From Chloroflexota bacterium (lineage in GTDB: Bacteria > Chloroflexota > UBA11872 > VXNJ01), in contig OZ244573.1 of assembly GCA_965217845.1 (NCBI GenBank), positions 1,912,610 through 1,976,609 of the forward strand: DNA of 64,000 nt. Direction: 5' to 3'. Below the pieces are notes generated by a model. That model searched no databases, was not told where the DNA came from, and saw nothing but the letters and a program-made list of their open reading frames with translations. The position numbers and the translations under genes are program-made. Shown piece by piece: positions 10,409 through 24,381 of this stretch (its first letter is position 1; every line of letters begins with the position of its first letter).

Positions 10409-10708
10409 TTACGCAGTCCCGTCATCGGTCGCGTCGCCATTCGCGGGGGTGTTGTCGGGGGTGTTGTCGATTACCTCGCGCAGTCGCCAGCGTTTGCGCG
10501 CCGATAGCGGTCGGCTCTCTTCAATAACGACCACGTCGCCTTTCTTGGAAACGTTCTCGGCGTCGTGAATCATGTATCGCTTCCGGCGCCGCATTTGCTT
10601 TCCATACAAGGGGTGCCGAACAGCGCGAGTGTGCTCCACAACGCGCGATTTGTCCATCAGGTCAGAGACCACGACGCAGCGCAGTCGTCGCTTGCCGGCC
10701 ATGCTCAA
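10409..10708 (-). CDS. rpsQ: 30S ribosomal protein S17
   Basis: 99 aa. S17 OB-fold sequence with an acidic C-terminal tail. Confidence 0.9.
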   Translation of the reverse strand: MSMAGKRRLRCVVVSDLMDKSRVVEHTRAVRHPLYGKQMRRRKRYMIHDAENVSKKGDVVVIEESRPLSARKRWRLREVIDNTPDNTPANGDATDDGTA

Positions 10709-10923
10709 GCGCCGTCCCCGCCCGCAACAGGCGAATTCAATTTGGCGCCGAGCACGGTCAGCATGCGCGCTATGTCTTTGCGCGCCTTGCGGACCTGTGA
10801 GTTGTCGTCGAGCTGGTGCGTTGCCGCGCTGACGCGCAACTGGAAAAGGTCATTGCGACGATCGGAGATTGCGGTCTCCAATTCCAGCGGGCTCATCGCC
10901 CGAATCTGCTCCATGTCAGCCAA
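10705..10923 (-). CDS. rpmC: 50S ribosomal protein L29
   Basis: 72 aa. L29 family N-terminal region (RNDLFQLRVSAATHQL). Sits between rplP and rpsQ. Confidence 0.85.
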   Translation of the reverse strand: MADMEQIRAMSPLELETAISDRRNDLFQLRVSAATHQLDDNSQVRKARKDIARMLTVLGAKLNSPVAGGDGA

Positions 10924-11341
10924 CTACGAACTCCTCGGTACGGCTCAGGATTCGGGCCGCAACCGGCAGCTTGTTGGCCGCCAATTTCAGCGCTCGCAGG
11001 GCAATTTCAGATTCCACGCCGGAAATCTCAAACAAGACTCGTCCCGGCTTGATCGGGGCGACCCAACGATCGGTCGCACCCTTGCCGCCGCCCATTCGGG
11101 TCTCGATTGGCTTTGAGGATACCGGTTTGTCGGGAAACACGCAGATCCAGACCCGGCCTTGGCGCCGCATATGGCCCGTCAGCACACGCCGGGCCGCTTC
11201 GATCTGGCGTGAGTCCATGAACCCCCGCTCGGTTGCCTGTAGCCCCCAGTCGCCGTGCCGGACGGAATTGCCGCGTGTGGCCCGCCCACGATTCTTGCCA
11301 CGCATCCGCTTTTGATACTTCAAGCGTTTTGGCATCAGCAT
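10916..11341 (-). CDS. rplP: 50S ribosomal protein L16
   Basis: 141 aa. MLMPKRLKYQKRMRGK N-terminus. Confidence 0.95.
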   Translation of the reverse strand: MLMPKRLKYQKRMRGKNRGRATRGNSVRHGDWGLQATERGFMDSRQIEAARRVLTGHMRRQGRVWICVFPDKPVSSKPIETRMGGGKGATDRWVAPIKPGRVLFEISGVESEIALRALKLAANKLPVAARILSRTEEFVVG

Positions 11342-11344
11342 GGA

Positions 11345-12079
11345 TTAACGCTCCAGGCCCGCAGGCAGCGCATCGCCCATTCCTGGCCGACTCGAGTCAG
11401 AGGCGCGACGGGCGCGATCCCCGCGGTGAACCCAGGCTTTAACGCCAATAGTCCCGTAGGTCGTTCGCGCCACCGCCAGGCCGTAGTCAATGTCGGCGGT
11501 TAGCGTTTGCAGTGGGACGCGACCTTCGATTTCGTATTCGGTGCGTGCCATGTCGCGGCCCCCCAAGCGTCCGGCAACCTGGATCTTGGCGCCTTCGGCC
11601 CAAGCTCGCAGGCAGCGTTCGGCGGCCGATTTCATCGCCCGTCGGAATGAGACCCGGCGCTCGATTTGATCGGCCACAGAACGTGCGACCAAGTAAGCGT
11701 CAAGGTCCGGAGAGGTTATCTCAGTAACATCGACATCGATGCGCTTGCCGATTGCTTTGGACAGGGCCTTTTGCAGCGCTTCGCGGTTGGAACCGCCTCG
11801 TCCGATCACCACGCCGGGTCGCGAGGTGTGGACGTTGATTCGGACCATATCCTGCACTCGACGGATCAGGATTCGCGACACTCCGGCGCTGTAGGAACGG
11901 CGCCGCCCGCCGCGGTCTTCCTGCTGCCCGGGTGGATTCTTCAGCCAAATGCGTACGAAATCACGAATTCGGGCGTCTTCGAGCACCAGGTCGGCGAACC
12001 GTCGGTCAGCATACCACTGGCTGTCCCAGCTGCGGTAGTTGCCCAATCTGAATCCGACCGGGTGAACTTTTCTACCCAT
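11345..12079 (-). CDS. rpsC: 30S ribosomal protein S3
   Basis: 244 aa. MGRKVHPVGFRLG with KH domain. Arg/Gly-rich C-terminal extension. Confidence 0.95.
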   Translation of the reverse strand: MGRKVHPVGFRLGNYRSWDSQWYADRRFADLVLEDARIRDFVRIWLKNPPGQQEDRGGRRRSYSAGVSRILIRRVQDMVRINVHTSRPGVVIGRGGSNREALQKALSKAIGKRIDVDVTEITSPDLDAYLVARSVADQIERRVSFRRAMKSAAERCLRAWAEGAKIQVAGRLGGRDMARTEYEIEGRVPLQTLTADIDYGLAVARTTYGTIGVKAWVHRGDRARRASDSSRPGMGDALPAGLER

Positions 12080-12418
12080 CTAGGCCTCGCGCTCGTCTAC
12101 GACTACAGTGATGTGGCACATCCGGCGACGGTAGAAACCGGCCCGACCGCGCGACTTTGCGCGCATGCGGCGCAGGCGCGGTCCGTCATCGACGAATGCC
12201 TTGGAAACATACAGAGATTGGGGATTTAACCCGTAGTTGTTTTCGGCGTTGGCGACGGCCGACTTCATCGTTTTGGCGATCATGGTCGCCGACCTGTTCG
12301 GAAGATATGCCAGCACCGCAAATGCTTCGCTGATGCCCAGCCCCTTGAGCTGGTCGGTTAGCAAGCGGACCTTGCGCGGGGCAATGCGCAGGTACCGCGA
12401 GGATGCGGCTACTTCCAT
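12080..12418 (-). CDS. rplV: 50S ribosomal protein L22
   Basis: 112 aa. RYLRIAPRKVRLLTDQLKG motif. Confidence 0.9.
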   Translation of the reverse strand: MEVAASSRYLRIAPRKVRLLTDQLKGLGISEAFAVLAYLPNRSATMIAKTMKSAVANAENNYGLNPQSLYVSKAFVDDGPRLRRMRAKSRGRAGFYRRRMCHITVVVDEREA

Positions 12419-12441
12419 TTGCGCCCGCTACTACCCGGAAA

Positions 12442-12720
12442 TCAGCGACCGGCGCGGGCGCGCGAGCCCGAGTGGCCACGAAATACACGGGTGGGGGCGA
12501 ACTCGCCCAGCTTGTGGCCAACCATGTTTTCAGTTATGTAAATCGGAACGTGACGGCGCCCGTCGTGAACGGCAATTGTGTGCCCGACCATTTCGGGAAA
12601 GATCATCGAGCGGCGGCTCCAGGTGCGAAGCACCCGCTTGATGCCGCGTCTGTCCAGGGCTTTGACGCGACGCAGCAATTTGCGGTCCGCGTACGGTCCC
12701 TTTTTGAGTGATCTGGGCAT
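12442..12720 (-). CDS. rpsS: 30S ribosomal protein S19
   Basis: Internal Met of track [19 protein letters not shown]...[16 protein letters not shown] matches S19. Confidence 0.9.
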   Translation of the reverse strand: MPRSLKKGPYADRKLLRRVKALDRRGIKRVLRTWSRRSMIFPEMVGHTIAVHDGRRHVPIYITENMVGHKLGEFAPTRVFRGHSGSRARAGR

Positions 12721-12740
12721 TCGGTACCTGGTTTGAGCAG

Positions 12741-13574
12741 TTAACGCCGCGTACGGCGATGGCGCAGGATCAATTTGTCGCTGCGACGTTTGCCGATTCT
12801 GGTTTTGCGCCCTAGCGCCGAACGTCCCCACGGCGTCTTCGGAGGCATCCCAGTGGGGGCTTTGCCTTCGCCGCCGCCGTGCGGGTGGTCCTTTGGATTC
12901 ATCGCCGACCCGCGCACGCTCGGCCGCCGCCCCAGGTGACGGGCGCGACCGGCCTTGCCTAGCGATTGGTTAGAGTGATCCTCGTTGCCAGAGCGCCCAA
13001 TTGTCGCAAAACAGGCGCCGCTTACCATCCGCATTTCGCCGGAGGGCATGCGCAGCGTTGCCATGCCTTTGTCTTTGGCCAGCACCTGCAGGTAGGATCC
13101 GGCGGCGCGAGCCAACTGGGCACCACGCCCTGGCGTCAGCTCGACGCAATGCACGACGGTGCCGTCGGGAATATCCTGCAGCGCTAAGGCATTGCCCAGT
13201 GTCAGCGCCGACCCGGGGCCCGACTGGATCGTAGATCCGAGATCCAGGCCGGAAGGGGCGACGATGTAACGCTTCTCACCGTCGGCATAGTGCAGCAGTG
13301 CCAAGCGAGCCGAACGGTTCGGGTCGTATTCGATCTGGGCGACCTTGGCCGGCACGCCCCATTTGTCGCGTTTCCAATCGACCTGGCGCAGCTTGCGCTT
13401 GTGGCCACCGCCCTGGTGCCGCACCGTGAGCCGGCCCTGGTTGTTGCGGCCGGCGCGGGCTTTGCGGGGGCGGGTTAGCTTCTTCTCGGGCCGCCGCCGG
13501 GTGATGTCGGACGAGTCGACGGAAACGTATTCGCGTCGCCCGGGGGAGGTGGGTCGATAGGTCTTTACTGGCAT
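12741..13574 (-). CDS. rplB: 50S ribosomal protein L2
   Basis: 277 aa. [12 protein letters not shown] and [18 protein letters not shown] motifs. Confidence 0.95.
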   Translation of the reverse strand: MPVKTYRPTSPGRREYVSVDSSDITRRRPEKKLTRPRKARAGRNNQGRLTVRHQGGGHKRKLRQVDWKRDKWGVPAKVAQIEYDPNRSARLALLHYADGEKRYIVAPSGLDLGSTIQSGPGSALTLGNALALQDIPDGTVVHCVELTPGRGAQLARAAGSYLQVLAKDKGMATLRMPSGEMRMVSGACFATIGRSGNEDHSNQSLGKAGRARHLGRRPSVRGSAMNPKDHPHGGGEGKAPTGMPPKTPWGRSALGRKTRIGKRRSDKLILRHRRTRR

Positions 13575-13595
13575 GTTGGTCGGCTCAATACCCCA

Positions 13596-13877
13596 TCAAG
13601 CGCCAAACACGTCGATTCGGTCCTCCGCGGCCAAGGTAACGATCGCTTTTTTCCAGTCCGAAGAGCGTCCGCTGTGGCGGCCGAAACGGCGGCTGCGTCC
13701 GCGCTGCTGGATCACGTTTACCTTGACAACCTTGACCCCGAACATCCCCTGGACCGCCTCGCGGATTTGAATCTTGTTGGCGGATCGGTCGACTTTGAAA
13801 ACGTACTTGTTTTGTTCGGCCAGGAACGTGGATTTCTCAGTGACGATGGGTGCGATTAGCACTGCGGCCGGATCCAT
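13596..13877 (-). CDS. rplW: 50S ribosomal protein L23
   Basis: 93 aa. PIVTEKS...KVDRSANKIQIREAVQGMFGVKV motif. Confidence 0.9.
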   Translation of the reverse strand: MDPAAVLIAPIVTEKSTFLAEQNKYVFKVDRSANKIQIREAVQGMFGVKVVKVNVIQQRGRSRRFGRHSGRSSDWKKAIVTLAAEDRIDVFGA

Positions 13878-13880
13878 CGC

Positions 13881-14534
13881 TCAGCCTCCCCGACTGGCGA
13901 GAGCGCCGACCGCATCCGGAGATACGACCAGCGTATCGGACACCAATACGTCAAATGTTGAGATGGTATCGGCCCGAACCACTTTGACATGAGGGATATT
14001 GGCCGTCGACCGCAGCAGCGACGGGTTCGGGTCGTATTCGACCAGCAGGATTCGGCCGCGCTCAGCAAGCCCGGCGGCGCTCAACCACGCCGCCCGAGTG
14101 CGGGTCTTGCCGTCACCGAGATCCAATGGGTCGGCTCCCCGGATATTGCCGGACCGGGCCTTGAGCGCCAGGGCCTGTACGAATGCGGCACGGCGCTCAC
14201 GTCGTGAGAGCCGTCGGGTCTTGTTCAGGGGTTTGGGCGGGAACGCCAAACCGCCCCCGCGCCATATTGGCGACCGAATCGAACCGTGTCGGGCCCGACC
14301 GGTACCCTTCTGGCGCCAGGGCTTGCGGCCACCGCCGCGAACCTCGGAACGCCGCAGCGCCGAACGGTTGCCTTCGGCGGCATTGATCTGGTGGTCGGCA
14401 ACCGCGCGTTTTAGCAGGTATTGGTTTATCTGGCAGTCAAACCACGAGCGCGGCAATTCGATCGTCGCCTCGGACTCGCGGCCATCGGTTCCGATGACCG
14501 GGATTTGGGCGACCGCGACGGCGTCGTTGGCCAT
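13881..14534 (-). CDS. rplD: 50S ribosomal protein L4
   Basis: Internal Met (MANDAVAVAQIPV) of track ORF 13881..14780. RKPWRQKGTGRARHGS motif. The upstream extension of the track ORF is Arg/Cys-rich nonsense overlapping rplC. Confidence 0.9.
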   Translation of the reverse strand: MANDAVAVAQIPVIGTDGRESEATIELPRSWFDCQINQYLLKRAVADHQINAAEGNRSALRRSEVRGGGRKPWRQKGTGRARHGSIRSPIWRGGGLAFPPKPLNKTRRLSRRERRAAFVQALALKARSGNIRGADPLDLGDGKTRTRAAWLSAAGLAERGRILLVEYDPNPSLLRSTANIPHVKVVRADTISTFDVLVSDTLVVSPDAVGALASRGG

Positions 14535-14538
14535 TTCG

Positions 14539-15165
14539 CTAGCCGACCTTTTGAATCGCCAAAAGCGATCCGTTTGGGCCCGGGACCGCACCCGAGAGCA
14601 GCAGCAAGTTCTGATCCGGATCCACGCGCACCACCTTGACCCGCGATAGGGTCGTGCGGCGCCCGCCGGACCGTCCGGCCATTTTTTTGCCTTTGAACAC
14701 GCGACCCGGATTGGTTCCGGCCCCGACCGACCCCGGCGCTCGCTCGCGATCGGATTGGCCGTGAGTCCGGCGCCCGCCACGGAACCCGTGGCGTTTCATG
14801 ACACCGGTGAACCCGTGTCCCTTGCTGGTGCCGACCACCTTTACGCGCCGCGCATCGGCAAACACCTCGACGGTGATCTCCTGGCCGCGCTCGACATCGC
14901 TCAATTCCTCAGCGGATGCCCGAAATTCGCGCAGGTGCCTGTACGCGCCCAGGCCCTCAAGGTGCCCCACTTCGGGGTTGCTGAGCCTTTGCTCGCGGGT
15001 CTGTCCATAGGCCAATTGGGCCGCATCGTATCCGTCGGATTGCTGCGACTTTAGCTGCGAAACAACGCACGGGCCGGCCTGGATCACGGTTACCGGCACG
15101 TAGCCGCCGTTGTCGTCGTAGATGTGCGACATGCCCAGTTTGGTCCCGAGCAAGGCTGCGATCAT
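14539..15165 (-). CDS. rplC: 50S ribosomal protein L3
   Basis: 208 aa. GTKLGMSHIYDDNG and GHGFTGVMKRHGF motifs. Confidence 0.95.
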   Translation of the reverse strand: MIAALLGTKLGMSHIYDDNGGYVPVTVIQAGPCVVSQLKSQQSDGYDAAQLAYGQTREQRLSNPEVGHLEGLGAYRHLREFRASAEELSDVERGQEITVEVFADARRVKVVGTSKGHGFTGVMKRHGFRGGRRTHGQSDRERAPGSVGAGTNPGRVFKGKKMAGRSGGRRTTLSRVKVVRVDPDQNLLLLSGAVPGPNGSLLAIQKVG

Positions 15166-15172
15166 GGTTGGC

Positions 15173-15538
15173 TCAGGATTTCATTTCGATGTCCACGCCG
15201 GCCGGCAGATCCAGGCTCAGGAGCGCGTCCATCGTTTCTTGATTGGGATCGGAGACGAAGATGACTCGACGGTGGGTCCGCATTTCGAACTGCTCGCGCG
15301 AGTCCTTGTCAATGAACGGCGAGCGGATCACCGTCCACTTGTGTTTCTTGGTGGGCAGCGGCACCGCAGTCACGGTAGCCCCGCTGCGGCGGACACTGTC
15401 CAGGATCCGGCGCACCGATTGGTCAAGGATCCGGTGTTCATAGGCGTTAAGCCGGATCCGGAACCGCTGCCGTCGCGGCCGAACCCGGACGCGTCGTCGC
15501 GTTCGGCCGCGACGGGTTCGGCTCGAGCGTTCCGCCAC
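15173..15538 (-). CDS. rpsJ: 30S ribosomal protein S10
   Basis: [15 protein letters not shown]...[11 protein letters not shown] motif. The Arg-rich N-terminal 20 aa of the track ORF may be upstream of the true start. Confidence 0.9.
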   Translation of the reverse strand: MAERSSRTRRGRTRRRVRVRPRRQRFRIRLNAYEHRILDQSVRRILDSVRRSGATVTAVPLPTKKHKWTVIRSPFIDKDSREQFEMRTHRRVIFVSDPNQETMDALLSLDLPAGVDIEMKS

Positions 15539-15572
15539 GTTGCCTAGTCCCTACCGGTTCCTGTAGCCGCGC

Positions 15573-16775
15573 TCAGCGCAGGATTTCGGTGACCGAACCG
15601 GCCCCGACCGTCACCCCGCCCTCGCGGATCGCGAAGCGGACTCCGCGCTCCAGGGCGATAGGGGTGATCAGATTTACTTCCATCTCGACGTTGTCGCCGG
15701 GAACCACCATTTCGGTGCCCTCGGGCAGTTTGATTTCCCCGGTCACGTCGGTGGTCCGAATGTAGAACTGCGGCCGGTAGCCGTGGAAGAAGGGGGTGTG
15801 ACGCCCGCCTTCCTGGCGCGAAAGGACGTAAACCTCGGCCTTGAATTCGGAGTGCGGGGTTATCGATTTGGGTTTGGCCAGTACCTGGCCGCGCTCGACC
15901 TGGTCGCGGTCGACGCCGCGCAGCAGGCAGCCGACATTGTCGCCCGCCTGGCCCTCGTCAAGCGTCTTGCGGAACATCTCGACGCCGGTCACCACCACGC
16001 TCTCGCGGCCGGTGCCGAGGCCGACAATGTCGATTTGCTCGCCGGTCTTGATCACGCCGCGTTCGATCCGCCCGGTGACCACGGTCCCTCGCCCTTTGAT
16101 TCCGAATACGTCTTCAACCGGCATCAGGAAATCCAGCTCGGTAGGACGCGGTGGGGCAGGAATGTAATCGTCGACCGCCGCCATCAATTCACGGATGTCG
16201 GCGTAGTCGTCGCTGCCTGCGTCATCCGACTCTGACTCCAGCGCCTTCAGGGCGCTGCCGCGGACTATCGGAACGTTGTCGCCGTCGAAATCGCGTTCGT
16301 TGAGCAGATCGCGGACTTCGAGTTCAACCAGTTCGATCAGCTCTTCGTCGTCAACCAGGTCGCACTTGTTAAGAAACACGACGATCGAAGGCACCTCAAC
16401 CTGGCGCGCCAACAATACGTGTTCGCGCGTCTGCGGCATCGGGCCGTCAGGGGCCGAAACAACCAGGACCGCACCGTCCATCTGGGCCGCGCCGGTAATC
16501 ATGTTTTTGATGTAGTCGGCGTGGCCGGGGCAGTCAACGTGGGCGTAGTGTCGGGCCTCGGTCTCGTACTCGACGTGCTGGATCGCGATTGTGATCCCGC
16601 GGGCTTTTTCCTCGGGCGCGTTGTCGATCGAATCGAACGGGCGGAAGTCGGCACCGCCGGCAAGCGACAGAGTTTTCGTAATAGCCGCGGTCAACGTCGT
16701 CTTGCCATGGTCGATGTGACCGATGGTGCCGATGTTTACATGCGGTTTCGTACGCTCAAACTTTTGTCTGGCCAT
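15573..16775 (-). CDS. tuf: elongation factor Tu
   Basis: 400 aa. [26 protein letters not shown]-motifs. Confidence 0.97.
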   Translation of the reverse strand: MARQKFERTKPHVNIGTIGHIDHGKTTLTAAITKTLSLAGGADFRPFDSIDNAPEEKARGITIAIQHVEYETEARHYAHVDCPGHADYIKNMITGAAQMDGAVLVVSAPDGPMPQTREHVLLARQVEVPSIVVFLNKCDLVDDEELIELVELEVRDLLNERDFDGDNVPIVRGSALKALESESDDAGSDDYADIRELMAAVDDYIPAPPRPTELDFLMPVEDVFGIKGRGTVVTGRIERGVIKTGEQIDIVGLGTGRESVVVTGVEMFRKTLDEGQAGDNVGCLLRGVDRDQVERGQVLAKPKSITPHSEFKAEVYVLSRQEGGRHTPFFHGYRPQFYIRTTDVTGEIKLPEGTEMVVPGDNVEMEVNLITPIALERGVRFAIREGGVTVGAGSVTEILR

Positions 16776-16864
16776 TAGTAATTTGCCCCTCGGAGCAGGT
16801 GTGCGATGTCGTTAGGAAACGATGGTAGCCAATTGCTTGGCAGTCGGTGTGAAGGCAAACCCAT

Positions 16865-18922
16865 TCAAGCGCGGCTCCCGGCTAGGGACGAAGCTTTGGT
16901 GGGTTCATAGCGGGCAAACTCCATCGAAAACGTCCCCCGACCCTGCGTCTGGGAGCGGAGTTCGCTAGCGTAGCCAAACATTCCCACCAACGGGACTTCG
17001 GCCTCAACCAAGACCTCAGAACCGTCGCTCTCGGCCTTGCGGATATTGCCCCGCTTGGCCGCCAGATTTCCGATTATTTCGCCCATATATGTGTCCGGAG
17101 CGCGGATTTCCAGTTCCATGATTGGTTCAAGTGCCACCGGTGCAGCGCGTTCAAATGCGTCGCGAACTGCCATTGCAGCCGCAATACGAAAAGCGATCTC
17201 CGAAGAGTCGACCTGGTGGTACGAGCCATCAATGATCCTGGTGTGAACACCAGTCATCGGGTAGCCGTGCGGTCCCTCGGTCATGGCGTCGCCGACGCCC
17301 TGCTCCACAGCGGCCATGAATTCTAAGGGAATCGACCCGCCTACGATGCGGCTCTCGAAGGAGTTTTCGACGCCATCGGCAGTGGATTCGACCTCGAGTA
17401 CGACGTGTCCGAACTGCCCTCGACCGCCGCTCTGGCGAACGAATTTGCCCACTCCGGTCGCGGCCCGCCGAATGGTCTCACGGTAAGCGACCTGGGGGGC
17501 GCCGACGGAAGAGCGGACCGCAAACTCGCGCAACAGGCGGTCGACGATCACCTCGAGATGTAGCTCGCCCATGCCAGCGATCAGGGTTTGCCCGGTCTCG
17601 GCGTCGGCGGTGACGCGGAACGTCGGATCCTCATCGGCGAGACGCACCAACGCCTCCGAAAGCTTGTCCTGATCCGAGCGTGAGGCGGGTTCGACCGCCA
17701 CCTTGACCACCGGCTCGGGAAAACTTATCGACTCCAACAGGAGCGGACGACCTCGATCGCAGATTGTGTCCCCGGTGAAAGTCTCCTTGAGGCCTATGAT
17801 CGCCCCGATTTCCCCCGCGCCCAGGCCATCGCTGAGCTGTTCGCGCTTGTCGGCGTGCATGCGCAGGATCCGGCCCACGCGCTCGCGCTCGCGACGGGTG
17901 GTGTTGTAGATGTAGCTGCCGGGTCGAATGCGTCCGGAGTAGACGCGCACGTAGGTCAAGCGGCCGACGAAGGGATCGGTCGTCACCTTAAATGCCAAAG
18001 CCACTGGTGCCGCCGCGTCATCGGGCGGGCACTGCTCGCTCGCCCCAGTCTTGGGATGAGTGCCGCTAATGACCGGTACGTCCAGCGGAGAGGGCAGGTA
18101 GTCGACGATCGAATCGATCACTGCCTCGACTCCCTTGTTGCGCAGGGCCGATCCGCACAGGACCGGAATGGCGGTGTTGGCGATGGTTATGCGGCGCAAG
18201 GCGTCAGCCAATTCCCGATCGGAAATCGGCTTGTTCTCGAGGAACTTTTCGGCGATGGCGACGTCGAAATCAGCCACCTCTTCGATCAACTGCTCGCGCG
18301 CAGCGCGCGCCTCCGGCAGCAGGTCCGATTCGATCTCGCCGATCTGAACGTGCCGCAGGCCGTCATCTACGAAATTGCGCTGGTTGAAGGCGACTAAGTC
18401 AACCACGCCGCGGAACCCATCCTCGCTGCCCACCGGCAACTGGCAGCGGATGGGGAACGCATTCAAGCGGTCGCGGATCATCGCGACGGTCCGCTCCAGG
18501 CTGGCGCCGCGGCGATCCATCTTGTTCACCAGGGCAACGCGCGGAACTGCGTATTTGTTGGCCTGCCGCCAAACCGTCTCGGTCTGCGGTTGGACCCCAG
18601 CCACCGCGTCCAGCACAACCACGCCGCCGTCCAGGACGCGCAGCGATCGCTCCACCTCGGCCGTAAAGTCCACGTGTCCGGGGGTGTCGATTATGTTGAT
18701 GGTGTGGTCGCGCCAATTGCAGGTGGTGGCCGCGGCGGTGATAGTGATCCCGCGCTCGCGCTCTTGAACCATCCAGTCCATCGTGGCCGCGCCCTCGTGC
18801 ACTTCTCCGGTCCGATGGATCCGCCCGGTGTAGAGGAGGATGCGTTCGGTCACCGTCGTCTTGCCGGCATCAATATGGGCAATGATGCCTATGTTGCGGG
18901 TGCGGGCGAGTCGGTCCGACAT
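16865..18922 (-). CDS. fusA: elongation factor G
   Basis: 685 aa. [18 protein letters not shown]-domain and EF-G domains II-V. Confidence 0.97.
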   Translation of the reverse strand: MSDRLARTRNIGIIAHIDAGKTTVTERILLYTGRIHRTGEVHEGAATMDWMVQERERGITITAAATTCNWRDHTINIIDTPGHVDFTAEVERSLRVLDGGVVVLDAVAGVQPQTETVWRQANKYAVPRVALVNKMDRRGASLERTVAMIRDRLNAFPIRCQLPVGSEDGFRGVVDLVAFNQRNFVDDGLRHVQIGEIESDLLPEARAAREQLIEEVADFDVAIAEKFLENKPISDRELADALRRITIANTAIPVLCGSALRNKGVEAVIDSIVDYLPSPLDVPVISGTHPKTGASEQCPPDDAAAPVALAFKVTTDPFVGRLTYVRVYSGRIRPGSYIYNTTRRERERVGRILRMHADKREQLSDGLGAGEIGAIIGLKETFTGDTICDRGRPLLLESISFPEPVVKVAVEPASRSDQDKLSEALVRLADEDPTFRVTADAETGQTLIAGMGELHLEVIVDRLLREFAVRSSVGAPQVAYRETIRRAATGVGKFVRQSGGRGQFGHVVLEVESTADGVENSFESRIVGGSIPLEFMAAVEQGVGDAMTEGPHGYPMTGVHTRIIDGSYHQVDSSEIAFRIAAAMAVRDAFERAAPVALEPIMELEIRAPDTYMGEIIGNLAAKRGNIRKAESDGSEVLVEAEVPLVGMFGYASELRSQTQGRGTFSMEFARYEPTKASSLAGSRA

Positions 18923-18968
18923 GAGTTAAATCTGGCGACGTTGATGGTCTGGTGGGGGTTGCGAACTT

Positions 18969-19439
18969 CTACCAGCGGTAGTGCGCAAACGCCTTGTTGG
19001 CTTCGGCCATCCGGTGGCTGTCTTCACGGCGGCGCACGGCCTGGCCCTCGTGCCGGTAAGCATCGAGGATCTCGCCGGCCAACCGACGAACCATAGTTTT
19101 TTCGCCGCGACGGCGGGCGGCCTGCACCAGCCAGCGCGTGGCCAGCGAGAACCGGCGTTCGCCGCGAATCTCTATCGGGATTTGATACGTGGCCCCACCG
19201 ACGCGGCGCGGCCGTACCTCAAGCTGCGGCGTTGCGTTGCGCAATGCCTGCTCAAAGATTTCGATTGGGTTCTGATTGATCCGCTCTTCGATCAGGTCGA
19301 AGGCGTCATACAGAAGCCGACGGGCCAGACTTTTCTTGCCCCGGGTCATAAGCACGTTGATGAAACGCGATACCGATCTATTGCCGAATTTCGGATCCGG
19401 CAATACAGGGCGGCGGGTGGGGCGGTTGCGGCGCGGCAT
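18969..19439 (-). CDS. rpsG: 30S ribosomal protein S7
   Basis: 156 aa. PDPKFGNRSVSRFINVLMTRGKKSLA motif. Confidence 0.95.
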   Translation of the reverse strand: MPRRNRPTRRPVLPDPKFGNRSVSRFINVLMTRGKKSLARRLLYDAFDLIEERINQNPIEIFEQALRNATPQLEVRPRRVGGATYQIPIEIRGERRFSLATRWLVQAARRRGEKTMVRRLAGEILDAYRHEGQAVRRREDSHRMAEANKAFAHYRW

Positions 19440-19465
19440 AGTTCGCGGTTACTTGGGCGGCGGCG

Positions 19466-19882
19466 CTACTGCGAGTCCCGTTTGGACCCGTACTTGGACC
19501 GTCCCTGGCGCCGATTTTCCACGCCCGTGGCGTCGTAGGCACCGCGCACTATGTGGTAGCGCACCCCGGGCAGGTCGCGCACGCGCCCGCCGCGCACCAG
19601 GACGACCGAGTGCTCTTGCAGAGTGTGGCCCTCGCCCGGAATGTATGCCAGCAACTCCATCCCATTGGAAAGTCGCACCCGAGCCACCTTGCGCAGCGCG
19701 GAATTTGGCTTCTTGGGCGTTACGGTTCGCACCTGGACGCATACGCCGCGTTTCTGTGGGGCCCCGCCAGTCCGGATCAGGCGCCGCTGGTTCGAGTTGT
19801 AGGAATAGTGGAGCGCCGGCGTCGTCACCTTGCGGCGGGGGCTGCGGCGCCCTTTCCGAACCAGTTGGTTAATGGTGGGCAC
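19466..19882 (-). CDS. rpsL: 30S ribosomal protein S12
   Basis: GTG start ([12 protein letters not shown]) verified at 19882-19880. [11 protein letters not shown] motif. The track ORF extends upstream to 19972. Confidence 0.95.
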   Translation of the reverse strand: MPTINQLVRKGRRSPRRKVTTPALHYSYNSNQRRLIRTGGAPQKRGVCVQVRTVTPKKPNSALRKVARVRLSNGMELLAYIPGEGHTLQEHSVVLVRGGRVRDLPGVRYHIVRGAYDATGVENRRQGRSKYGSKRDSQ

Positions 19883-19999
19883 AACGAATCCGGGGAGTTG
19901 GACAGGGAACGAAGTGACGGCTGTGCGAACCGCCTGCCGGCCCCAACGGGCAAGGCAAGCAGAGTATAGCAACCATCCGGGCCGTTTTTGCGGGCGCCA

Positions 20000-24361
<4,362 letters not shown>

Positions 24362-24381
24362 CTAATAAATCCCTTTCGACC

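Noticed and set aside
16776-16864. Possible tRNA genes flanking tuf/fusA (common in other bacteria)
   Set aside because: The intergenic spacers are only 34-89 bp and show no cloverleaf-compatible sequence. No tRNA called.
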